From Tolypothrix carrinoi HA7290-LM1 (GTDB lineage Bacteria; Cyanobacteriota; Cyanobacteriia; Cyanobacteriales; Nostocaceae), in the NCBI GenBank assembly GCA_019358935.1, contig JAHHIK010000101.1, forward strand, positions 1-29,215: a stretch of DNA of 29,215 nt, written 5' to 3'. The notes beneath the pieces were generated by a model. It ran no database searches. It was not told the DNA's origin and was given only the letters and a program-made list of their open reading frames with translations. Numbering within the stretch: position 1 is the stretch's first letter; each line of letters opens with the position of its first letter. Made by a program: the position numbers and the translations under genes. Of this stretch, positions 17,994-27,887 are shown piece by piece.

Positions 17994-19698
17994 ATGCGAT
18001 TTTATCAGCGATCGCCTCCACTCAAGCTGTCATCGAGCTTTGACTTTATTCAGGTTGATGAAGTACAAGATACTCATTTATCTGAATATGAAATTGTCCA
18101 ATGTTTAGCTTATCGTACTGGCAATATTGCCATGATTGGTGATTTAGACCAAACTATTTACGAGTGGAGAGGTTCTGAACCTGATAAATTTATCAGTCAA
18201 TTTAAACAAGAGTTTCAACCTCAAGAATATTCTCTGACTTGGAATTACCGCGCTACTCAAACCTTACTTAATGCTGCTTCTGGTTTTGCTGACTGTTTTG
18301 AACAAAGATACACAAAAATTACCCCTGCACCTAATTGTGAGGTTGGAGAATTAATTCCAGTTTATGCAGGTCAAAATGAATTAGATGAAGCTAAATGGAT
18401 TGCGACACAGATTCAAAAGTTAGCTAAGAATGACCCCAATTTTCTCTATAACCGTATTGCTGTTTTAACTAGAAATCATAAACGAATTGAGATTATTACT
18501 AAACTTTTAGAAAAGTTAAATATTCCCTGTGTAACAGTTGAGCAACATCAATTCTTCATGCGTCAGGAAGTTAAAGATGCTTTGGCTTATGTACGATTAA
18601 TATTAAATCCTTTTGATACAGGTTCAATGCGTCGAATGTTACTGCGTCCAAATCGGGGAATTGGTTCTGTGACTATTGAGAATGTCATCAAAGAGGGAGA
18701 AGCTTGTGGGTTTAAACTCACTGATATGGCTTCAACTCAAACTTTTATTGATGGTGATGCTTTTAGCAATTTACTAACCGCTTATAATTCTGGCACAATT
18801 GTTGTTTTTGATGTGGAAACAACTGGTTTTTCAGCGAGTCAAGATGAAGTTATTGAAATTGCTGCATCTTTATTAGTTGCTGGGAAACTAGAAGATGATA
18901 ACGGCACATGCTCAAAAAGTCGGTTTATTCACTCCTAAATTTCAATGGGCAGATACTTGGGATTTAGCTAAACGCTTTATAGAATCAGATAGCTATAGTC
19001 TTGAAGCTTTGGCAACTAAGTTAAAGCTGACTCAATTACCCAGTCATCGTGCAATTGACGATACACGCACAACTGTAGAATTTTTAGCAATTTTAATACC
19101 TTTAGTTAAAGTTCATGCTGACTATCGCCAAGCTTTAGTCTATCGTTATGGGCAAGAATTTGAAAATTTAGCTCATGGTATTGAAAGTTGGAGAGATGCA
19201 AGCCAAAAATTACGTCCAGCAGATTTATTAGGTAAAATTTTAGTTGAGTCTGGTTTATATGACTATTATCACCAGGACGAACCAAAACGCCTAGAAAATA
19301 TCAAACGGCTAGTAAAGATTTTTCAAGCACAGGATGATTTAGAACTTCATCCAGATACAGCACTCAGAAGTATTATTGAGTATATTGCATTAGCGAAAAA
19401 CTTAGATCAAATTTCTCAGGATAATAATGAAGTCCTTGTTATCACAATTCATCAATCAAAAGGGTTAGAATTCGATACAGTTTTTCTATCAGGTATATCT
19501 GAAGATGAATTTACCACTTATTTCAGTGTGCGTGATAGTAACGTAGAAGAGGAAAAACGTCTATTTTATGTGGCTATGACAAGGGCAAAAAAACGCTTGT
19601 TTATATCGTTTTTTATGAAAGATTCTAAAAACTACTCGAAGTCAAAAAGTCAGTTTATTAGTTCACTACCTTCTGAATATTTAATTGATGTTGTTTAG
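17994..19698 (+). pseudogene. UvrD/PcrA-like helicase with inserted DEDDh exonuclease domain; 5'-truncated and frameshifted
   Basis: No Walker A; VDEVQD, GDLDQTIYEWRG, NYR, TIHQSKGLEFD, EEKRLFYVAMTRAK. Exo motifs FDVETTG and HRAIDD are split across frames near 18895-18938. Confidence 0.82.
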
Positions 19699-19979
19699 TA
19701 CGCTCAATTCTTGGGTCTTCCAACTTTTGAAAAGTATTTGAGTATAGTATCGTCGAAGTTCGCAGTCATAATTTGTAAATCTTAAGATGCGATCGCATCG
19801 CCTGAAATGCATTCGTAAAAGTATAACCCTTTAATATACCATTACTTTAGAGCCAATTTTGATGCGTTTGCCCTGATACACCTGAGAAATTTATAGCCGC
19901 ATCTGCTGCATCCCAAAACACCACAAGACAACCTCAAAGGCACAAAGTATAAAACCTTAAAAGCTAAAAAATAGTTTAA

Positions 19980-20206
19980 ATGCTGGTGTCGATCCGCATG
20001 TAGGCGATCGCTTGGGAAAGTTAGCTTTAACTGACACTGGCATTTTCCGTCGGGAAATGCAGGTATTAAGTACCTGTGTAGCTGCTGGTTATCCCGTTGC
20101 CTGCGTTATCGGTGGTGGGTACGCGGATGATATCAAGTCGCTTGTGTGGCGTCACTCGTTGGTGCATCGCGCTGCGAGTCAGGTTTATCAGCAGTATCGA
20201 CTTTAA
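19980..20206 (+). repeat. Second copy of the deacetylase gene 3' end (17464-17690)
   Basis: 227 bp, 4 mismatches by manual alignment; similarity continues ~20 bp past the stop. Confidence 0.95.
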
Positions 20207-20424
20207 AGGATTTTAGTAAGTATCCGCTCAAGTAATTTATAACCGATTTTCAAAAAACAAATGTCGGTGAGAGAAAGCGGCTTTTGCACTATTTGCGAAA
20301 GAATAGAAAGATTTTCCAACAGATTTTATATTGCGATCGACTCAATTTAATGTCAATTTATATACTTAGCCTACATAGCTTTTAGTCGAGTACATAGAAA
20401 ATTTTGGCATATATAACGTAGATT

Positions 20425-21897
20425 ATGAAAATTATCAAAACAGTAATTCTTGCTGGTATGGTTGCTTGTGCGATCGTGTTTGGAACTCCAGCACTTTCCC
20501 ATATTGTTGAACATCATGAGTATAAGCAAGCATCAAATCCGATGCTCAATAACGGTTCCAATACCGTGTCAGCATTTCATTACCATAATGCAATTCATTC
20601 CTCTACCGACGCTGATTCTGCTCTTGCTCCCGCAAACAGCAAGCGTCTTATTTGGAAAAATAAAGCTTTTGGAGCGATTGTTAGAAAGAATGTTGTTGAC
20701 CTTACCCCAAAAGAGAAACGGGCATTCGTTAATGCTGTGCGGGCATTAAAAAATATTGTACCAAGGGGTAGCCGTACTAATATCTATGACCAGTTTGTTG
20801 CAGTGCATGTGGGAGCTATGGGTTTAATGTACGATGATGCCCAAGGTCCTGCTGCCGGACATGATGGTGCCCATGAAAGCGCTATATTGCTACCGTGGCA
20901 TCGTGAGTTGGTATACCGATTTGAAAAAGCCTTGCAATCAGTAAACCCCAATGTAACGATTCCCTACTGGGATTGGACAGACCCTAAGGCGTTGTCAGTT
21001 ATCTTTAGTGATGATTTTATGGGACCGAATGGTGAAGGAGTAACCCTTAACATCCCGATTATCGAAGGTGGATTTGCTGTGTCGCTTGGTGATGGTCAAC
21101 AACCAAACTCGAATCTTCCGGGTTCAGGTAATGAAGGGGGATCTGATATGTCGCTTGCTGATGGTCAACAAGCAAACCCCAACATCCAGACGGTTACTGT
21201 TCAAGGGGGACCTGTTCAGTCTGGTCCTTTTTCAGCAGCTAGTGGATGGACTGTGAACCCAGACTTACATTTCAAGTCGTCATCAAGAGAAACATTTGGC
21301 GATCAAATCTTACGCTTTCTGCAAGTGCCTCCGACAAATAGTTACCCTGTTCCTAAAGAAGATATAGAGCAAGTCCTTGCCATTGACAACTATGAAACTT
21401 TTCGCCCAGCTTTAGAAGGTTTTATCAAAGTAGATAGCTCTACTGGACAACAAACACCTGGAATCTATTTGCATAACTATTCTCATAGCTTGGTTGGTGG
21501 AGGTACTTTCGACCCTGCTGTAGGTCGTCCTGAACCTCTAGGCACAATGGCTGACCTTGCTACTTCTATCAACGATCCAGTATTTTGGCTAGTTCATTCC
21601 AATGTGGATCGCCTTTGGGCTGAATGGCAGGCAAGTGGGCATGAAGGTAGCGATTATTATCCTGCCGTTGGTGGACATTATGGAGAGAATCTTAACGACC
21701 GGATGTGGCCTTGGGACGGAGGTGAGTCTACACCAGCGAATTGGGGTCCAGGGGATTCGTTATCCTTACTACCTGTTTTTTCAGCAAATGATATTGTCAC
21801 ACCAAGAGACACTCTGGATTTCCGAAAGTATCGCTATACCTATGACACTCTTATTTTTCCGGTTCGCAAACCTACTTGGAAAATAAATAGTGACTAA
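20425..21897 (+). CDS. Secreted tyrosinase-family (type-3 copper) protein
   Basis: Signal peptide; VRKNV, YDQFVAVH, GAHE...LPWHR (CuA), PYWDW, HNYSH and DPVFWLVHSNVDRLW (CuB). Confidence 0.9.
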   Translation: MKIIKTVILAGMVACAIVFGTPALSHIVEHHEYKQASNPMLNNGSNTVSAFHYHNAIHSSTDADSALAPANSKRLIWKNKAFGAIVRKNVVDLTPKEKRAFVNAVRALKNIVPRGSRTNIYDQFVAVHVGAMGLMYDDAQGPAAGHDGAHESAILLPWHRELVYRFEKALQSVNPNVTIPYWDWTDPKALSVIFSDDFMGPNGEGVTLNIPIIEGGFAVSLGDGQQPNSNLPGSGNEGGSDMSLADGQQANPNIQTVTVQGGPVQSGPFSAASGWTVNPDLHFKSSSRETFGDQILRFLQVPPTNSYPVPKEDIEQVLAIDNYETFRPALEGFIKVDSSTGQQTPGIYLHNYSHSLVGGGTFDPAVGRPEPLGTMADLATSINDPVFWLVHSNVDRLWAEWQASGHEGSDYYPAVGGHYGENLNDRMWPWDGGESTPANWGPGDSLSLLPVFSANDIVTPRDTLDFRKYRYTYDTLIFPVRKPTWKINSD

Positions 21898-21928
21898 CAA
21901 GCACATAAGTTAAGGAAGTATTCGCCTC

Positions 21929-22159
21929 TGTACAATGCTAGTGTTGACCCTCATCTAGGCGGCTTGGGAAAGTTAGCTTTAACCGACACTGGCATTTTCC
22001 GCCGGGAAATGCAGGTATTAAGTACCTGTGTAGCTGCTGGCTAGCCCGTCGCCTGTGTTATCGGTGGCGGGTACGCTGATGATATGAAGTCGCTTGTGTA
22101 GCGTCACTCCAAGAGTGCATCGCGTCGCTAATCAGATTTATCAGCAGTATCGCCTCTAA
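21929..22159 (+). pseudogene. Third, decayed copy of the deacetylase gene 3' end
   Basis: LYNASVDPHLGGLGKLALTDTGIFRREMQVLSTCVAAG*PVACVIGGGYADDMKSLV*RHS..; many third-position changes, two stops, one indel near the end. Confidence 0.9.
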
Positions 22160-22317
22160 CAAAAGGAGGAGATATAAAGATTTACATGTCTACCGATCCC
22201 TAGATGTTTTTGATTTATTTTTAGATGATTCTTAATAGTTAATTAACTATCACGTCCCAGCAAAAAATCGTCTAATTCGATACAATTTATAAGCTATAAG
22301 AGGCGAGGAGAAGTAAA

Positions 22318-23457
22318 GTGGTGCTATCAAAAGGCTTTGAAATTGAGATGTACACAGGCACGCCTCAAGGAGAAATCGTGGGACTCTCCGACAAAATTGT
22401 GGCATCTTTAGACGGATTTGTGCGAGAGCCAGATAGCCGCAATGTGGAATATATAACCGCACCATTTCACAATTATGAGCAGCTATTGTGCGCTCTGTTG
22501 CGTCCGAGGCAGCAACTGCGTAATTACCTGAAACAATTGGGCAATTACACGCTGATTCCGGGAAGTACTTTATCTTTAAGTGGTAGCGATCGCTTTTATC
22601 GTTCTGACCCCAACAATCCATACCACGATTACATTGAGCAAACCTACGGTACCAAAGTCGTCACCGCTAGCGTTCACATCAATGTCGGCATCAGCGACCC
22701 GGAATTATTAATGCGGGCATGTCGAATTATCCGCTTAGAAGCGCCTTTGTATTTAGCTTTAAGTGCCTCGTCTCCCTTTATCGATGGCAAGGCAACCGGG
22801 TATCACTCCACCCGTTGGGGATTATTCCCGCAAACACCTGAAGGAGTGCCGTTATTTGCCAGCCACGCTCATCATATTGAATGGGTGGAAAATCAACTGG
22901 CTGCTGGTACAATGCAAAATGTTCGTCATTTGTGGGTATCGGTACGACCAAATGGCGATCGCCGTCCTTACGATTTAAATCGCTTAGAACTGCGAATTTG
23001 TGACTTAGTAACAGATCCAATCGCTTTACTAGCAATTACCGCCTTGCTAGAAGCGCGTTTATTACAGATAATAGAAAATCCGCATATCGATCCGCTTACC
23101 CAAAGCAACTTCTCACCTGAAGAACTAATAACCCTCACAGCAAGCAACGAAGCAGCAGCAGCGTCTCTTAGCCTCGATGCTCAACTAATACATTGGCTTG
23201 ATGGCAGAAGCATTCTTGCCAGAGATTGGATTGCCGAATTAAGTAATGAAGTTTCGGCGATCGCCAAACGTCATGGCTTTGGCTGTTTCCTTTCGCCCTT
23301 ACAAAAAATACTCCGCGAAGGCAATGAGGCTCAACAGTGGCTGCAACTGCATTCTGTAGGTTTTGATACGACTTGCGTCATGACCCAGGCTATTCGTGCC
23401 ACGCGAGAACGAGAAATTGAACTAGAAAACAAATTGTGTTCCTCCCTAGTGGCTTAA
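22318..23457 (+). CDS. gshA: Glutamate--cysteine ligase, cyanobacterial type
   Basis: LSKGFEIEMYTG, REPDSRNVEY, TASVHIN, NRLELRICD; adjacent to trmL. Confidence 0.88.
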   Translation: MVLSKGFEIEMYTGTPQGEIVGLSDKIVASLDGFVREPDSRNVEYITAPFHNYEQLLCALLRPRQQLRNYLKQLGNYTLIPGSTLSLSGSDRFYRSDPNNPYHDYIEQTYGTKVVTASVHINVGISDPELLMRACRIIRLEAPLYLALSASSPFIDGKATGYHSTRWGLFPQTPEGVPLFASHAHHIEWVENQLAAGTMQNVRHLWVSVRPNGDRRPYDLNRLELRICDLVTDPIALLAITALLEARLLQIIENPHIDPLTQSNFSPEELITLTASNEAAAASLSLDAQLIHWLDGRSILARDWIAELSNEVSAIAKRHGFGCFLSPLQKILREGNEAQQWLQLHSVGFDTTCVMTQAIRATREREIELENKLCSSLVA

Positions 23458-23720
23458 GACTGCACCTTTTGTGTGGAAGTAAGTGATTAATTGCTCTGAA
23501 AAGAAAAAAAGTCAGCTTCTTTACATAAAATTTAATATTTCTTCATAAAAGCAAAAAAAACTCCCAGATATTCCTCTGGGAGGATTATTATTTTGTTTTA
23601 AATATCTAATCATTGGTATTTCGAGAGAAATATTAATAAAAGTTATATATAGAGAGTATCTATACGTAGAGATGGCAGTTTCGATACATTGATTGTTTGT
23701 ATACATTTATCCGCTCGCAA

Positions 23721-24182
23721 ATGCCTCAGGTAGTTTTAGTTAATCCGCAAATTCCTCCGAACACAGGTAATATTGCCCGTACTTGTGCAGCTACGGGTAC
23801 TGAATTACATTTGGTTGGACCATTGGGCTTTGAAATTAGCGATCGCTATTTAAAAAGGGCAGGTTTAGATTACTGGCCCTATGTAAAGCTACACTGTCAC
23901 GAATCTCTAGAAGCGTTTCAAGTTGTACATCAGCAGCGTGGTGGTAGATGCTTGGGCTTTAGCGTTTGTGGTAGTTTTAATTATGCAAACTTTCAGTTTC
24001 AAGCTTCGGACTGGCTGCTATTTGGCAGTGAAACTACTGGCTTACCGTCAACAGTTTTGTCTACTTGCGATGCTACTCTGCATATTCCTATGTTCGAGAA
24101 GAATGTTCGCAGCTTGAATCTTTCAGTAAGTGTTGCCGTGAGTCTGTTTGAAGCCCGTCGTCAGTTAGGCTATTTACAGTAA
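23721..24182 (+). CDS. trmL: tRNA (cytidine(34)-2'-O)-methyltransferase, SpoU family
   Basis: PQIPPNTGNIARTCA, LKRAGLDYW, LLFGSETTGLP, RSLNLS. Confidence 0.92.
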   Translation: MPQVVLVNPQIPPNTGNIARTCAATGTELHLVGPLGFEISDRYLKRAGLDYWPYVKLHCHESLEAFQVVHQQRGGRCLGFSVCGSFNYANFQFQASDWLLFGSETTGLPSTVLSTCDATLHIPMFEKNVRSLNLSVSVAVSLFEARRQLGYLQ

Positions 24183-24213
24183 GCGCGACCAAAAAAGGAT
24201 AAAGTATGTTTAC

Positions 24214-24432
24214 CAAAGCCCCTTCGGGGCGGGTGTGGGGTGTGGGGTGTGGGGTGTAGGGGAAAACCCCGCCCCGAAGATCCAATGGTTAAGCGGCTCT
24301 CCCTTTAGGGAGAAAAAAGAAACAAGAATGTGTTTTGAGATACATAGTACGAAAACGGGCGTGTCCGGGAAGTGAAACTCCGCACCTTTTGGGCGGAGTT
24401 TCTACACCCCACACCCTACCCCCTACACCCTG
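24214..24432 (-). mobile_element. 219-bp non-autonomous structured element (ATGAA^GT family), copy 3
   Basis: Reverse complement reads gATGAA-CAGGGTGTAGGGG...GTACTATGTATC...ACCCGCCCCGAAGGGGCTTTG-GTAA. Confidence 0.8.
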
Positions 24433-24495
24433 TTCATCTAGGTTGCCGCGAACATACTTAAATTAGTATCATAAGTCTTATTTGAGATACACTTA

Positions 24496-24525
24496 AGTAG
24501 CGGTAATTCATGAATTACCGCTACT
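24496..24525. repeat. Perfect 30-bp GTAG-type palindrome
   Basis: AGTAGCGGTAATTCA|TGAATTACCGCTACT. Confidence 0.8.
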
Positions 24526-25212
24526 GTATAATGTGCCTGCACAATTATTTTTGCGTAAGTCCTAACTTATATAGATTGCCAAGAAAATCATTTTTTTAAG
24601 GAAAAATTCTTGTTTTTCTTAAACAACAATGTTAACTAGTATACTTTTAAAAGATTTGTGAACAAATTATAGTGAAAAATACTTACGAATTTGGGTAGGC
24701 TTATATAAGAAATTTGTATATAAAGTTGGAGTGGGTGTCCGACCTGAATGATAGTTTTTCATGAACTTGAAGTTATATGCTTTTGGGAACAAAAGCGGTG
24801 GAAGCTTGTCTTCTAATGCATTTGAGCTATTTTTGCTAAAAAAGTGATATTTGAACAGCAAAAAACGGCGTGCGAGTTTATACGGTTGTATTTTAGGGAA
24901 GAATCAACGTAAAGTCTCGTGTTGAGAAGGCGGATTGGGTGCAGAAATCTAGAAGATATCTACAGTAGGGGGCATCGCTTTTGTTTGAAGTCTGAGTTCA
25001 TAATCTGGCGAAGAGCGCGAATTTTTACTTATCGATAAAGCGCGATCTGAAGCAAGATATACACTCTTTCAACGATCTAAAAGCATATATTCCCAGGTGT
25101 AGAGGAGTCGAACGGACAAGTAAGCACAGCAACTTGAAATTTTGCTGCTTCGCGTAATGAACTTGTCGAAATCAGAGAAGCAAGATAATCTTGCGTAAGT
25201 ATCTCTGGTGAG

Positions 25213-25251
25213 TGTGATCTTGATCTGTGATTCAATGTGATCTAGATCATT
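25213..25251 (+). promoter_or_regulatory. Candidate CRP-family binding sites upstream of the M23 gene
   Basis: TGTGATCTAGATCATT (25236-51) matches 14/16 of TGTGATCTAGATCACA; weaker TGTGATCTTGATCTGT at 25213-28. Confidence 0.45.
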
Positions 25252-25313
25252 GACTAGTATCCGAATTAAAGATCGAGGTCAGTTAAGCGCTAGTAGATCA
25301 TAGGAGGTCGTCT

Positions 25314-27575
25314 TTGAAACGAGCATTAAAGGAGAAAGTGAAGGCTGTGCTTGAAAATCCCCCCAGTGATGATGCCCCAGTGGAACAGCTAAACGTGGTT
25401 AATCCATACGTTAATCGTCAAGTACGGACAAAAGCCGCCATGATTGGTTTGGCAATTTCAATGGGAGCTACCAGCCTCCTGGTGACTCGGCAAGGCGACC
25501 AAGCCCAAGCAGCAGCTCCTGTAGGCAATCAAAACACAGCCTCAACGATTTCTGCGGCTCCTAACACCGAGGTGAAATTTGCACCCACGCCAAAACTGGA
25601 ATATCAAGCCGTTTCATCAGTAAGCGTGCCGGAAAGTCCTCGGATAGTGGAACCAACAGCAATTTCACAGGTGCCTGGGCTTCAAGCTAAATTGGAACTT
25701 GCTGCACCTGTGGTAGCGAGAACAACTACCACAATTCAACTTCAGCCGGTCTTCCAGCCACAAGTCGCAGAGAAAGAAAGCATTCCCAAGGGTTATGCTG
25801 ACAAGCAAAGCGATCGCAATTCCATTGCTGGCGCTGACAGCATATCAAAGTTGAATGCCCAACCACAAACAGTAGTTTCGGCATCGATTGCTAACAGCTC
25901 GTCAGTCAATTCTCAACTGAGGGCACAGCAAGACTTTGCAATCAATCGTTTACAAGAAAAATCGAACCGTTTAAGAAGAAGTCTGGCCCAGTTGCGGTCA
26001 CATGAGACAAAATTATCACAAGCAACAAACTCGGTAGCACCAACGATTGCGGTGGAAAAAACACCACAGTTGAACGCAAATAACACTGCACTACAGCCAT
26101 CGAAAAATGCTAAAGATGCCAGCCAAGCAAGCCTGGTATCGAGGTTAAAGCAGGCAAAGGTAGGAAATGCGCCTACAGGTGCGACAAACGCACGCCTGAC
26201 GCCATCTCCAACAGCTTACGAAGTAAAGCCTGGAGATACATTAGGAGCGATCGCTTCGGATCGCGGTACTTCAGTCTCAGAAATAATCAAGAATAATAAT
26301 CTCAACAATCCCAACGAACTGCGAATCAATCAAAAACTCACAGTTCCAACTGCCGAAAACCCCAGTACTGCCATCAAGCCAATCGCACCAGTCACTCCCG
26401 TGCAGTCTGGCAGTGCCCCTGAGATTGTTACGCCATCATTCCCGCTTAATGCTGGCTTAACTCCTTCTGAGCCTTCACAGCCATCAGCCACGGCTAACAA
26501 CAGCAGTGTTACCATCCCGACAGCAGTAATTTCTGACAAGCAGATTCAAGCAACTGCGATTAAGCCCACAACAGACCTCACCACAGCCCCCGCTTATGGC
26601 ATCGGTGGTGACAGCCCAATCCCACAAAACTTGAATCAAATGCAACTGGCGAAAAAGCCGCCAGAGGTAACACGGGCAAAAAATAATAATCCGCGCCTGC
26701 GTAGCTTACAAGACGAAATTGAGAGATTACGGGCGAAATACCGCGCTCAAGAAACTGGTAACGTAGTCGTACCTACAGAATCCCCAAGCAACGAAGCTGC
26801 GGTGCAGATTCCTGTTTCTCGACCAGATAATTTCCCGGTGTCAAATCCCGTTACTAGAGTGAATAATGTTGCGGTGCCCATCCCCGTTCCTAGACCGATG
26901 GCACCTAACTATATAGCTCAACCTCAGCCTCAATTCCGTGCGACTGGCTCGAACAACGACTCAGTTAATCCAGACTTCTTTTTTATTAATCAAACATCAC
27001 GTCAGTCGAATCCTAGCGGCAACAGACCAAGTGTGAGAATTGCTACACCTCCTGCTGGTGTTGATGCTTCTACATCCCTTGGGGCAATGCGTGGAAGAAC
27101 AGTTTCTCCAGATTTACCGCCTTTAACAGCAGCAGTCGATAGATACTTACCCAGAGCGATTGACCCGACCATGCCCGCTCCGTCTACAATGACCACTGCT
27201 TATATTTGGCCCGCCAAGGGTGTCCTCACCTCTGGCTTTGGGCAGCGTTGGGGACGTCCCCACAAAGGTATTGACGTTGCTAATGGTACAGGCACACCAA
27301 TATACGCATCGGCTGACGGTGTAATCGAAAAAGCTGGCTGGAATAGGGGTGGCTACGGCAATGTTGTGGATATCCGCCATAACGATGGCAGCATGACTCG
27401 CTACGGTCACAACAGCAAAATTCTGGTGCAGGCAGGTCAACCAGTCCGCCAAGGCGACACAATTGCTTTAATGGGCAGCACAGGCTTTAGTACTGGTCCA
27501 CACACCCACTTTGAAATTCATGCATCAGGCAGGGGTGCTGTTAACCCAATAGCCTTGTTACCCCCTCGCGTGTAG
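25314..27575 (+). CDS. LysM-domain M23 family peptidoglycan DD-metalloendopeptidase (NlpD-like)
   Basis: AGGAGG at 25302-07 then TTG; YEVKPGDTL LysM; WPAKG, HKGID, YGH, STGPHTHFE. Confidence 0.92.
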   Translation: MKRALKEKVKAVLENPPSDDAPVEQLNVVNPYVNRQVRTKAAMIGLAISMGATSLLVTRQGDQAQAAAPVGNQNTASTISAAPNTEVKFAPTPKLEYQAVSSVSVPESPRIVEPTAISQVPGLQAKLELAAPVVARTTTTIQLQPVFQPQVAEKESIPKGYADKQSDRNSIAGADSISKLNAQPQTVVSASIANSSSVNSQLRAQQDFAINRLQEKSNRLRRSLAQLRSHETKLSQATNSVAPTIAVEKTPQLNANNTALQPSKNAKDASQASLVSRLKQAKVGNAPTGATNARLTPSPTAYEVKPGDTLGAIASDRGTSVSEIIKNNNLNNPNELRINQKLTVPTAENPSTAIKPIAPVTPVQSGSAPEIVTPSFPLNAGLTPSEPSQPSATANNSSVTIPTAVISDKQIQATAIKPTTDLTTAPAYGIGGDSPIPQNLNQMQLAKKPPEVTRAKNNNPRLRSLQDEIERLRAKYRAQETGNVVVPTESPSNEAAVQIPVSRPDNFPVSNPVTRVNNVAVPIPVPRPMAPNYIAQPQPQFRATGSNNDSVNPDFFFINQTSRQSNPSGNRPSVRIATPPAGVDASTSLGAMRGRTVSPDLPPLTAAVDRYLPRAIDPTMPAPSTMTTAYIWPAKGVLTSGFGQRWGRPHKGIDVANGTGTPIYASADGVIEKAGWNRGGYGNVVDIRHNDGSMTRYGHNSKILVQAGQPVRQGDTIALMGSTGFSTGPHTHFEIHASGRGAVNPIALLPPRV

Positions 27576-27798
27576 TTCCTGGCTGTCTTTTTGGTTTTTG
27601 AAAGTAAAACTCCCTATGAACGCTTTTCATCACCGCTACTAGGGAGCAATGAGCCGGGAGTGGTGAAGATTTTATTTCCTACTCCCTCATCTCTATTACC
27701 TAATTTTCTTTGCCTTGAAAAGCGCGAAAAATAATTGAGTTAAATGCTAGCCATGACAAAATTTTTCTGCTATATTTAGGAAGGCATTAAGAAAATAT

Positions 27799-27872
27799 GG
27801 CTCAGTAGCTCAGTTGGTTAGAGCGTGGGACTCATAAGCCTGAGGTCGTGTGTTCGAGTCACACCTGAGCCA
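27799..27872 (+). tRNA. trnM: tRNA-Met (CAT), elongator type, CCA not encoded
   Basis: Acceptor GGCTCAG/CTGAGCC, D arm GCTC/GAGC, loop CTCATAA, T arm GTGTG-TTCGAGT-CACAC. Confidence 0.92.
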
Positions 27873-27887
27873 TTTGAAAAATATCAT

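Noticed and set aside
17464..20206. Diversity-generating retroelement VR/TR pair
   Set aside because: Mismatches are not adenine-specific in either direction, there is no reverse transcriptase, and the target is a conserved enzyme
20012..20206. Independent 64-aa gene
   Set aside because: It is the duplicated deacetylase 3' end with a TTG internal codon and no evident RBS
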